From NCBI RefSeq assembly GCF_963921235.1, contig NC_086097.1, forward strand, positions 209,872,001 to 209,936,000: 64,000 nucleotides of DNA. Reading direction: 5' to 3'. Below are positions 39,036 to 50,958 of the stretch, piece after piece. The notes beneath the pieces are model-generated. The model worked only from the letters and a program-made list of their open reading frames with translations, made no database searches and was not told the DNA's origin. Source of the stretch: Mobula hypostoma (taxonomy: Eukaryota). How positions within the stretch are numbered: the first letter of the stretch is position 1; each line of letters opens with the position of its first letter. A program made the translations under genes and the position numbers.

Positions 39036-41289
39036 TAAATTTATAAAAACTTCCATTTTCTCTTCTGGTATTAATACTATAAAATCAATGGACACAGAAC
39101 TTTCTATTGTGTTTCAGCAATTAACAGTGCAGAAAGGGCATACAATCTATCATGGAAATTCTCTTAAAAAATGGAATGCTTCTGAGGCTTTGTCAGATAT
39201 TAAAAAAATTCCTGGACAACCTTATTTTTAAAATATTTTTTTTTGCCAGGTAATATACAGATCTCAATATTTTGCCATAGCAACAAATCTCTGGGAGCTT
39301 CATTGTGACACTTGCACATCCAGCTCTCTTCATCTGGCAAAACCACCATAGTGCAATGGCTTGGTTTAGTTTGGAAGTGTTACTTAGGCTGTAATATAGA
39401 TTATAATATGACACAGCATACATGATCAAGGATCAATAGAAAGGACGATTCCTGTCTTCTGCATTTTACTGGAAGGAATAATTATATTCTTTTCACACTA
39501 CTAAATGAAACTCAATTAGTCATTACAAATTTGGGTCTAGTGTCAAGAACCCCAAATCATTATTGAATCATAATTAACAAGGTTCGAGAAGAAAATGTTA
39601 TGTTTTATGCTCTATTCAAATATTCCATTGAAATCAAAAGTTACAATCCAAATGCTATGTCTCATATCCATTGTCTGTTTAGCAACTACATTTCAATGCT
39701 ATGAAACAGAAGAAATTAACTTTGCTGTTACAAATGAAGGAGTGTGGAAAATCAGTAATTCGCATTGAGCAATTTGTAAACTTTTTGCAAATATTTTGAT
39801 CAAAATGGAAATTGTTTTTTTAAACTGCAAAGAAAAGTGCAGACTGATTTGAAATTAATTTTTCAGAAGGAGAGACAGAAAATCATTTATGACAGTGATC
39901 GGGAATGATGTGTGAAAGGGCTTAAAGAATCTGGACCACTGACTTTCACTTAATGTAGTGAAGAGATTATTGAAGGAAAGAAAATATGATGCTTACAATT
40001 TATCTTCTTCAGCTTTCATTACTCAAGTTGTTTGTTCAACACCGATGAATGATTTGAGTAATATAGCTTTTAACTTCATATTTATCTTCTTCACATGATA
40101 GAGTAAATGCAAAAAAACTTAAACATTCACATTCTATGAACTCACAATTACACAGTACAGAGAAAAAACAGGTTAAGAACTCTCTTTTAGAGATCTGAAA
40201 ATGCCAGTAAACTGTAATAGTGTGCTTTTTAAGATGGTTAGGCTACTGCTTTGAAATATGATAATGTACAAGTTCACGAATGTGATTAATCATATAGCAA
40301 GACAAGAGCACAAGAGAAGTGAAAGCAGGGAAAAAGCAGTTCAGCTCACGAGAGTTCATTCCTCGTGAATGATTTGCTTCATCATTAAATCATCTTCATC
40401 CGTTTTCCATCAAGGTATATCTCTATAGCAGCAGAGAAAAAAATTGAAAAGAGCACTTCAATCAAAATAGGTCTCATGAATTTCCATTTCTCTGTTTGTA
40501 GGAAGGCTTAGTGCAAGTCGTATTAAACTATTGTTTATTATCTGGGGCGTGGCATGACAGAAGTAAAAAAAAAACAAGCGAATATACTCCAGTCTGGAAT
40601 GAACTGAAAGACAATTCAGAAAAATAAAACTATAGCAAGAAATCCGCAACAGATGTTCAAAGAACTGAGCTGCTCTATCAGCACCAGTAAAGGCAGATAT
40701 AGATTTGATACTTATCTCGCATTTTACAAGTTCTGATAACAGGTCTTGATGTGAAATATTAACTGCTTGCTCTGTTGAATGCTTCTAGTGTTATTAATTA
40801 GAAAGTTAAAATTAAGTTTACCAATTAGTTATACAGGTAATAGCAAAAGCTATAAATATATACTCTAGCAATTTATAGATTTAAAGAATAACCAGATAAA
40901 GGAACATGCATATTACTTTGATGCATCTCAATGACCTTGTCTCACAACCTTGATTTCTCAGAAATGTGGCACAGAAAGAGGTAATCAAGCCTTGACCCTC
41001 CCACCCACCATCCCTAATGACTGGGTATAGTGCCACTGTTTTATATTCCTTAGCCTATTCATTCATTCACATTCATTCAGTCCATTCTCACACATTACTC
41101 TCAACACAATGGGCAACCTTTTCAGTAGAATTAAATTGCATTTACTGTTTCTACATTAAGGATAGCTACATCCTCAAATAATATTAAGAACTTTATCAAA
41201 CACAATTTTACTTCCAGAATGCTATGTTAACTTTTTAAAAATTCTATTATGATTTTCTAAATATCCAACTATTTCCTGCGTTAGATGGA

Positions 41290-42100
41290 GAAGAGAATAT
41301 ACCAGGTGACATTGAAAATTCTGCAGTTGAGATTAACCTCAGGCAAGACATAACTATTAAGGGGTCTCTTGCAGTCTGCCGCAGGGAAAATTAACCACTT
41401 CCTATCTGTGACAGATGAAGTACTTCCATCCAAATCACCACACAAAGTCAAACGAAAATATCCAAGGAACAACACCAACATACATGGCCTTTTTCCAAAC
41501 TCAAAGAAAACTTTGACTACATCAACAAGGCGGCTGTGGAATAACCATCTCAAATTCAGTTTTCCACCATTTTATATTTGCTTCACGACGCCAAAGAACA
41601 CCATAATATTATTCAAAAGGCCCACAACACTGATAACCTCAGTGAAGGCTACAGTCAAACGGAGCTGTGTCATTAACCCATTCCCTCAATTTTTTCACCT
41701 CATTACCTACTATCTCCAGTAAATGTCACATGGGAATACAGTAATCTTCAGAATGGGGAATTGTTCAGTATACAGTGACTACCTTTCATATCCAAGGTCA
41801 GCCAAACCCTGGCTGACCAATTGTAGACTGAAGATCATGCCACGCTCCAAGCCTTTATTCACTTAACTCAGTGAAGCATCTGAGCCGATGGAACTCACAC
41901 TCAACATCCTGAAGAGAAAGGTTCCCTGCTAACCTATCGCTGCTGCAGAACACTGCCAACCTGTATCTTGGGGCCACCTCCCAATATCAATGTCGTCCAT
42001 GAGCCAGCATACTCCTTCGTTTGATTGAGGAAAAGTGTATTTGAAGAATAAGATCTGGTAAAAACTGGTCAGCAGTGATCAGGCTCTCCTGTACACCCCA
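41290..42100 (+). mobile_element. Ancient RTE-clade LINE RT relic (5' part)
   Basis: Degenerate K.FD..N...LW, VKRSCVINP (GVKQGCV.AP) and MELTLNI.K.KV motifs in the expected order. Confidence 0.6.
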
Positions 42101-42109
42101 AGAGTAGAC

Positions 42110-44445
42110 TAGTGAAAGGGTAGGTTAATAAGTTTGCTGATGACACAAAAGTTGGTGGTGTGGTGGATAGTGTAGAAGGCTGTCATGGGCTATGATAGGA
42201 CATTAATAGGATGCAGAGCTGGACTGAGATGTGGCAGATGGGAGTACAATCCAGATATTTTGAAAGGAAGAACTTAAAGGCAAGGTATAATGTTAATGGC
42301 AGGATTCTTAGCAGTGTGGAGGAACAAGAGGGATATTGGGGTCCACATCCATGGATCTCTCAAAGTTGCCACTCAAATTGATTAGGTGGTAAGAAGGCAT
42401 ATGATGTGTAGGCTTTCATTAGTTGAGGGATTGATTTCAAGTGCCGCAAGGTGACATTGTGGCTTTCTAAAATTCTGCAAGACCACATTAGTTGTCTAGG
42501 GTGACATGTAGGTCCTCTGATAATAAATCTTATTTTGAAATTTTTGAACTTTGAACTTAAGAGTATTATTGTCCCCTTGTTCAAAAAAGGTAGTAGGGAT
42601 AGTCCAGGTAATTATAGACCAGTGAACCTTACATCTGTGGTGGGAAAGCTGTTGGAAAAGATTCTTAGAGATAGGATCTATGGGCATTTAGAGAATCATG
42701 GTCTGATCAGGGACAGTCAGCATGGCTTTGTGAAGGGCAGATCCTGTCTAACAAGCCTGATAGAGTTCTTTTAGCAGGTGACCAGGCATATAGATGAGGG
42801 TAGTGCAGCGGATGTGATCTACATGCATTTCACAAGGTTCCACACGGTAGGCTTATTCAGAAAGTCAGAAGGCATGGGATCCAGGGAAGTTTGGCCAGGT
42901 GGATTCAGAATTGGCTTGCCTGCAGAAGGCAGAGGGTCGTGGTGGACGGAGTACATTCGGATTGGAGGGTTGTGATTAGTGGTGTCCCACAAGGATCGGT
43001 TCTGGGACCTCTACTTTCCGTGATTTTTATTAATGACCTGGATGTGGGGGTAGAAGGGTGGGTTAGCAAGTTTGCAGATGACACAAAGGTTGGTGGTGTT
43101 GTGGATAGTGTAGAGGATTGTCGAGGATTGCAGAGAGACATTGATAGGATGCAGAAGTAGGCTGAGAAGTGGCAGATGGAGTTCAACCCAGAGAAGTGTG
43201 AGGTGGTACACTTTGGAAGGACAAACTCCAAGGCAGAGTACAAAGTAAATGGCAGGATACTTGTTAGTGTGAAGGAGCAGGGGGATCTGGGGGTACATGT
43301 CCACAGATCCCTGAAAGTTCCCTCACAGGTAGATAGGGTAGCTAAGAAACCTTATGGGGTGTTAGCTTTCATAAGTCGAGGGATAGAGTTTAAGAGTCAC
43401 AAGGTAATGATGCATCTCTATAAAACTCTGATTAGGCCACACTTGGAGGACTGTGTCCAGTTCCAGTCGCCTCACTATAGGAAGGATGTGGAAGCATTGG
43501 AAAGGGTACAGAGGAGATTTACCAGGATGCTGCCTGGTTTAGAGAGTATGCATTATGATCAGAGATTAAGTGAACCAGGGCTTTATTCTGGAGAGAAGGA
43601 GGATGAGAGGAGACATGATAGAGGTGTACAAGATATTAAGAGGAATTGATAGTGTGGATAGCCAGCACCTCTTCCCCAGGGCACCACTGCTCAATACAAG
43701 AGGACATGGCTTTAAGGTAAGGGGTGGGAAGTTCAAGGGGGATATTAGAGAAAGGTTTTTTACTCAGAGAGTGGTTGGTGCGTGGAATGTACTGCCTGTC
43801 AGTGGTGGAGGCAGATACACTCGTGAAGTTTAAGAGACTACTAGACAGGTATATGGAGGAATTTAAGGTGGGGGGTTATATGGGAGGCAGGGTTTGAGGG
43901 TCGGCACAACATTGTGGGCCAAAGGGCCTGTACTGTGCTGTACTATTCTATGTTCTATGTAGAGTATTATGTTCAATTCTGGTTGCCTCATTATAGGAAG
44001 GATGTGGAAGCTTTAGAGAGGGTACACAGGAGATTTACCAGGATGTTGCTTGGATTAGAAAACAGATCTTATGAAGAAACATTAATCTATTCTCTTTGGG
44101 GCAGAGTATGGTAAGAGGAGACTTAGAGTTGTACAAGATGATAAGACACATTCAGAGCATAGCCAGCACATTTCCTCCAGGGCAGAAATGGCTAATATGA
44201 GGGGTCATAATTTTAAGGTGATTGTAGGAAGAATGGTTGATACATGAAATATGCTGGTGAAATAGGGTGGTGGTTGAGGCAGATACATTAGAGATATTTA
44301 AGAGATGCTTAGGTAGGCCTATGGATGAAAGCAAATGAAGATCTCTGCAGGAGGGAAGTGTTAGTTTAACCTTGGTGGGTGGAAAGGTTAGCAACAACAT
44401 TATGGACCAAAGGGCCTGTACTGTGCTTTACTGTTCTATGTTCCA
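42110..44445 (+). mobile_element. Old CR1 fragment (42110-42495 plus 43960-44445) with a younger CR1 nested inside (42565-43958)
   Basis: Inner copy has [28 protein letters not shown] and KFADDTK and ends ttctatgttctatg. Outer pieces rejoin at the RPHL|EYYVQFW motif. Confidence 0.88.
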
Positions 44446-44559
44446 GAGCCAATGGAAATTCTATTGTACTACTGTGTAACATTGATTTCACTTTATTAAA
44501 ACATCTAATTTGCTCTTAATAAGAGGACAACATCTCTTGCTTTTCCAGCAGAAAGCAAA

Positions 44560-44830
44560 GTTACAAGGATGCCAGATTGTCAGAGCTTTAGTACTTTGGG
44601 AATCTCTGGTCCACGACCTCTCAAAGTGGAGAAGAAAAATTCAGGATGATGTTGAGAACCTAGTGTCCGTGTATCAGAAACAAATGGAAGCCCTGTGTAA
44701 GTAGCAGGAACAGTATATCATTTCACACCAGGCACCACCAGACTCACTTGTGAGAAAGTCTATGCTTCCCATATCGAATTCCGTAGTGACCTCTGAATCC
44801 ACAAAACAGAATGAAAATCAGTCATCCTTG
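44560..44830 (+). mobile_element. RTE-clade LINE C-terminal relic
   Basis: WESLVHDLSKWRRKI followed by TCEKVYASHIEFRSDL*IH, a decayed C-terminal C..C.SRIGL.SH...H motif. Confidence 0.6.
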
Positions 44831-44957
44831 ATCCCAAGAAAATACCCAAAGGAAGTTCATTTCCTAGAACTATCAATGAGTATTTCAGATTTTCAAAAGC
44901 TATTTAAACTATTTATATTTATTGAGCACATATAAACTAAAATATTAAAAATGTAAA

Positions 44958-45375
44958 TGAGTGGGAAGATAGCTTGGAAGAGGCCTTTGTAAGGAAGCTG
45001 TCCAAGTATGCAGGACTGGTCAGCAACTGTCATCAGGCTGGATGGAGAGCGAGGTGTCTCCCAGTGGAGGTTGGTTGTAGGGGATTTGCAGCCCGTTCCT
45101 TAGTAAGAGCCTTCAGCAATTTGGGCATTGAGGGAGAGAGGAAGAGGAGAGCCATCCGCGGTACTACCGATGCGGCAGAGAGAGCCTCAAGATGGCTGTG
45201 GCTCAAAAGAGGGGAGCCATGGAGTCATAAGTAGCTAGCCATCTAGACACAAGCTGGGGTCTGATCAGCCCCGGCTGGGTCACCTGGAGGAGGTTGTATG
45301 ATGTTGAAAGACCCGAAACGCCTGATGATTCCAGGAATATCATTGAAGATATGTCCATAAGCATCAGTAGATGTA
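44958..45375 (+). mobile_element. Second HERO-like RLE retrotransposon 3' end (different subfamily)
   Basis: EEAFVRKLSKYAGLV..C..AGWRARCLPVEVGCRGF...AAERASRWLWLKR. Confidence 0.82.
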
Positions 45376-46054
45376 CGTACACAGCAGATACTTTCACAAA
45401 TCCATTGTGCAATCCCCTCCTGAGAAATAAATTGGGAAGTACTTACACATTCCCCATTTTGACTGGAGAGAATTTCTGCTTGTGCTCCCACACTGAACAA
45501 CATGAACTGTCCAACACTGAGTGTGTTCCACTTAGAGGCAACTTTGGGATTTGCACAGTAACTTTTGCATACATGTACAACTGGAATTTCTAATATTGCT
45601 AACAAGAAAATTACAAAAAAAATCCTGGGCATTATTTTTCACTAAATCCAAAACTGCATTGGGTAAAATCTATCCTCAGAACTTGCTGATCATTGATAAC
45701 CACTGAGCAGTATGTGCTACTATTACTGATTACCTATACTGGCTTTTATTGGTGGAGACAATGCAGGTTTATCGTGATCATGGAATAAATCTGAAAGCAA
45801 TATCTGACATCCACTAAAGATCAGTTCGTTGCAGAAGTCTGGATTTGTGCTGGTCCTTTGCAAACTTCACCGCACAATCTGGAGGTTCGGAATTTAAATG
45901 TGTAAATACATGAAGTTGTGCAATGAGTGCAACGATGACATTGAAGGGAATTTATTCAATATAAAATACAAATACTAACAGCTGTAGTAACTTGCAAAAT
46001 ATGATCAGACTTTAATTAGAGTTGGATTGACTAGGCATAGCGCAAACGGCATCT

Positions 46055-46885
46055 ATAAGTTTGATGATAATACCAGCCATTGTTGGCAGAATCTCAGACA
46101 GTGATGAGAAGGTGTACATGAGCGAGGTACACTAGCTAATTGAGTGGTGTCACAGCAACAACCTTGTACTCAACATCAGTAAGACCAAAGAGCTGATTGT
46201 GGACTTCAGAAATTATACGATTAGAGGACACAAACCATTCCTCAAAAGGATCAGAAATGGAGAGTGAGCAATTTCAAGTTCCTGGGTGTCAGTATCTCTG
46301 AAAATTTAACCTGGTCCCAACGTATCAATGCAGCTACGAAGAAGGTAGCTGCACCTCCACCTCACTGACAATCAACACTGGCGCACCTCAGGGATGTGAG
46401 CTTTGTCTACTGCTCTACTCTCTCTACACCCATGACTGTGTGGTTGGGCAGAGCTCGAGTGCCATCTGCAAAGTTGCTGGATGATACAACTATTGTTGGC
46501 AGAACTTCAGATGGTGACGAGGGGGCGTACAGGAGAGAGATGTAGACAATGGCTATATTTCATCAGGGGTTTGAAGAGATTTGGTTTGTCACCTAAAACA
46601 CTAAAAAAGGTCTACAGATGTATTGTGGAGAACACTGACTGGCTGCATCACTGTCTGGTGGAGTGGGAAGGGCTAATGCACAGGATCGTAGCAAGTTATA
46701 AAATTAGTCAGCTCCATCATGGGTACTAGACTCCATTGTAACAAAAGCATCTTCACAGATGTATTATATACACACTTACTGTAATTCAGTTCTTTTCTGT
46801 ATTTATCATGTATTGCATTGTGCCGCAAAGTTAACAAATTTCACGATATATGCCGATGATATTAAACCTGATTCTGATCTTGATT
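46055..46885 (+). mobile_element. Rex1/Babar-type LINE 3' fragment with an internally inserted duplicate segment
   Basis: WCHSNNLVLNISKTKELIVDFR motif; 3' tail attaaacctgattctgatc. Segment ~46352-46545 is out of order. Confidence 0.8.
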
Positions 46886-47594
46886 TTTGAAAAACATTAT
46901 CGTTCACATTTCCATTGAGGACAATATTATTTTACACATGACAAAAAAGTCATTGGACAGCTGTATTTAACAGAAAGCACTATTGTTACCACTCATTCTC
47001 CTGTTTGTCATTATAGGGCCACATTTTTAATGGAACTTCCATACTCTAAAGAAACCCTCAGGAAACTCAAGGACAGGAGAACAATAACAATCACAGAATT
47101 TAAAACAAAATGGCACATAGGTACATCTTATTACAACAAATAGTTGGTAACATTTAATTATGTTAGTCATGGGGTTCTGAAAGAAATGTAATGGCACTCA
47201 AAAATAATTTCCCCTCTGCAATAGTGCAGCTGTCATATGCTGTAATTTTGCTAAGAGATTAGTAATGATAAAAGTATTTATTGGATCCTGTTATAGAACA
47301 TTTCGGATTTCTTCTGTTAATGACTATACTTAATCTATGCTCCTTTGCAAATTTAGGCTTCCATCTATTTAACAATATATAGTAATGGCATGCCAACTGT
47401 TAAGTTGGATATAAAATTATTTCATTATCACACAGATTGAAGTACATAATGAAAAAAAAAATCAACAAATTCATCAAGTTCTCTGGGAACATGTCATATC
47501 CTGCCACAATATCCCATATTCCTTCCAACCTACTGTCATGTGAAAATGGTACTTCCAATACTTTTTGCCCAGATCTTATTGAAATGTCATTAAA

Positions 47595-48465
47595 TCTTGG
47601 AAATGACATCTCCACCTCACTGACAATCAACACTGGCGCACCTCAGGGATGTGAGCTTGGTCTACTGCTCTACTCTCTCTACACCCATGACTGTGTGGTT
47701 GGGCAGAGTTCAAATGTCATCTACAAAGTTACTGGATGATACAACTATCGTTGGCAGAATTTCAGATGGTGAAGAGAGGGCGTACAGGAGAGAGATGTAT
47801 CAGCTAGTTGAGTGGTGTCACAGCAACAACCTTACACTCAGCTTCAGTAAAACCAAGGAACTGATTGTGGATTTCAAGAAGGGCAATACACCAGTCCTCA
47901 GAGGGATCAAAAGTGGAAAGAATGCATAATTTCAAATTCCTGGATGTCAATACATCTGAAGATCTAACGTGGACCCAACATATCGATGCAGCTACGAAGA
48001 AGGCACGACAGCAACTGTATTTCATTAGGAGCTTGAGGAGACACTCGCAAAGTTTTACAGTTGTACCATGGAGAGCATTCTTACCGTCTGGTATGGGGGC
48101 GCTACTGCACAGGATCAAAATCAGCTGCAGAGTTGAAAACTTAGTCAGCTCCATCATGGGCACTGGCCCCCATAGTATTTAGGACACCTTCAAGGCGTGA
48201 TGGCTCAAAAAGGGGTCATCTATCATTAAAGACCCACATCACCCAAGTCGTGCTTTGTTCTCATTGCTACCATCATGAAGGATGTACAGTAGTCTGAAGG
48301 TACACACTCAATGATTCAGGAACAGCTTCTTCCCCTCTGCCATCCGATTTCTGAATTGACATTGACCCGTGAACAGGTCCTCATTTTTAATTGCTATTTT
48401 GCACTAGTTATTTAACTATTTAATATATACTTACTGTATTTTTTCTGTTATTATGTATTGCATAA
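47595..48465 (+). mobile_element. Rex1/Babar-type LINE RT-to-3' fragment
   Basis: STSLTINTGAPQGC, DDTTIVGRISDG and WCHSNNLTL..SKTKELIVDFK. Confidence 0.85.
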
Positions 48466-48914
48466 TAATATGCAATACGCAAGTTTCTAACTTACCACAC
48501 TACTTGTCCAATATCTAAAAAGATAAGAAATTTTATACAGCTATTGTGAATACTAAAACCAAGGTCTTAGCTGTTCACTAAAAATAGAAGCCGCACTCCA
48601 AAGCCACAGACGGCACTTCCATCCTAAGTAATATTTGGGGCAGCATGAGATCCTTGATGTTATATTCACCTAAGAACTGCCAGTGCAAATCCACTTAATC
48701 AAGACAAGGTACTTCTACTTCCATTAGTCTCTCAGATCAACCACCAAAACAAACACTCATGAGATATGTCAAGTTTTTTTCCCAACCACAAGAAACCCAA
48801 AAGAACCCAATTAAAAAAAAGACCAATACTCAATGCCCAGAGAAACAAAAACATGCAAGCAATAAAGCAAGCAATATTATTCAGAATGAAATTGACTCCA
48901 TAGACCTGAAGCCT

Positions 48915-49580
48915 GGAGCAGGCCCACAGACACAGTCTATCATACCATGGGGCAAATCGCTGCAAAGCTCACAGACACTAAGCCTAGAGTGGCACCGGAT
49001 CGGTATCGGTCCGCGGCCCGGAAGCTGGGGACCACTGGTCTATCACACCAAGGGGCAAATCGCTGCAAATCTCACAGACACTAAGACTAGAGCAGCCAGA
49101 GCAGGGCACGGACACAGTTTATCACACCATGGGGCAAATCACTGCAAAGCTCACAGACATTAAGCCTAGAGCTGCACCCCTGCATGATTCACGGATCGGT
49201 ATCGGTCTGCGGCCCGGAGGTTGGGGACCACTGGTCTATCACACCATGGGGCAAATCGCTGCAAAGCTCACAGACACTAAGCCTAGAGCAGCCAGAGCAG
49301 GACACAGACACAGTCTATCACACCACGGGGCAAATCGCTGCAAAGTTCACAGACACTAAGCCTAGAGCTGCACCGCTGTATGCTTCGCGGATCGGTATCG
49401 GTCCGCAGCCCAGAGGTTGAAGACCACTGGTCTGTCACACCATGGGGCAAATCGCTGCAAGGCTCACAGACACTAAGCCTAGAGCAACTGGAGCAGGGCA
49501 CAGACACAGTCTATCACACCATGGGGCAAATCGCTGCAAAGCTCACAGACACTAAGCCTAGAGCAGCCGGAGCAGGGCAC
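48915..49580. repeat. Composite tandem array: seven copies of a 55-bp core with alternating 24-bp and 62-bp inserts (196-bp higher-order period)
   Basis: Core gtctatcacaccatggggcaaatcgctgcaaagctcacagacactaagcctagag. The gcaaatc anchor is at 48952, 49055, 49134, 49251, 49330, 49447 and 49526 (spacings 103, 79, 117, 79, 117, 79). Confidence 0.92.
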
Positions 49581-50092
49581 AGCCTCAGCGCTGAGGAGAA
49601 TCTCAGGTTCGTAAGGATTTTATTCCATCTGCCATTTTTTTTTTACCTATTTCAACACATTATCTCTTTGTAGCCTGGCTACTTACCATGCTCTCAGCTC
49701 CTCTATCATTCTGCATGTCATCCACAAAATTACCGGTCTTGTCTCCCAAATGCACATTACTCATGTATACACTATTACCAACAAGGATCCCTACACCAAT
49801 CTTTGTAGGGTACCACGTCACAGGCATCTAATTGCATAACCAATCCTCTGCCATCAACTACTACCAAACTAACACCTATGTGGGACCTTATCCAATACTT
49901 AACTAAAGTCCATGTAAATCCAATCTACTTCCATTTCTTCATCAACACTTTATTACCTCTTCAAAAAGTTAGTTTAAATTGCTCTGCCCTTGACAAAGCC
50001 ATGTTGGCAGTCTCTGATTAGTCCCTGCCTTTCCAAATTATCATTAATATCATTCCAAATTATCTACTAAAATGACAGTAATCCCTACATTA

Positions 50093-50958
50093 TGTGACAA
50101 GAATACACATAAAATTAAGATGTTTGCTGGCCTGGATTAGCATCAGTGGCATCAGCAGTTGGTCTGCCACCTGTCCCCAGGGGAAGGAGAGATAAGGAAC
50201 AATGAAGCAGCATCTGGAGATGTGTACTGAAGGGACAGGAGAGAGAGAGCTGCCTGGAGCGGCTCCCCCTTTGAACCCTGAACTGTTTGAAGTGATGGAC
50301 AGGCGATACTCCAGCAGGGGGATAAAAAGGGACAGGTTCGCTAAGGCAACATACACGACACCCGAGGTAACGAGACCCTGGAAACGGTGCGCCTCTCACG
50401 AGTTGGTGGGAAGTACCGGACCTTAAACGCACAGGGTGGAAAGGTACGATCAGCAGAAACCCGGTGTGCGACCACCCTCGCCTGGGTGCCGGGTTCACCG
50501 CAGAGGATCGACTGCATCTGGAGGAGGGGTCACAGTTGGTGACCTCAGGTGACATCACAAAGGACCCGCCCGAAAAGCTGCTTGTGAGCCATATCGCCGG
50601 TCTGTGAGTGGAAGCCGTGTCTGAATGATCAGTCGTTCCCGTTCTCTCTCTCTCTTCCCCCACGTTGTCCATCGCCATGGCAACGATTACTGCGAACTGA
50701 ACTACTAAACTGGACTGAACTTTGTGTCACTTTGAAATTTAGTCATTTACCCCTAGACAACGATAGAGCTCGATTGATGCTGTTATCTTAATTCTGTGCA
50801 CATGTGTGTTTATCATTGCTGAACTGTTGCATTTATTACCCTTCCGATTACTGTGTTGCTTGTTTCTCTAATAAAACTTTCTTAGTTCTAGTAATCCAGA
50901 CTCCAACTGAGTGATCCATTTCTGCTGGTTTGGCAACCCAGTTACGGGGTACGTAACA
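50093..50958 (+). mobile_element. Young solo LTR (866 bp), Gypsy-like by TSD length
   Basis: TGT...ACA termini, perfect 4-bp TSD atta (50089-50092 and 50959-50962), gataaaa TATA-like motif ~50321, AATAAA ~50870, CpG-rich. Confidence 0.85.

Noticed and set aside
44748..44792. Minus-strand mini-exon with good AG/GT signals
   Set aside because: The plus strand is explained as the decayed C-terminal zinc-finger-like motif of an RTE LINE, and the frame does not convincingly join the 45.5 kb candidate.
48915..49580. CRISPR array
   Set aside because: The spacers are not unique (two alternating types), the repeat is 55 bp, the context is eukaryotic and there are no cas genes.
50115..50678. 187-aa minus-strand ORF
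   Set aside because: Lies wholly within the GC-rich solo LTR and has no recognisable domain.
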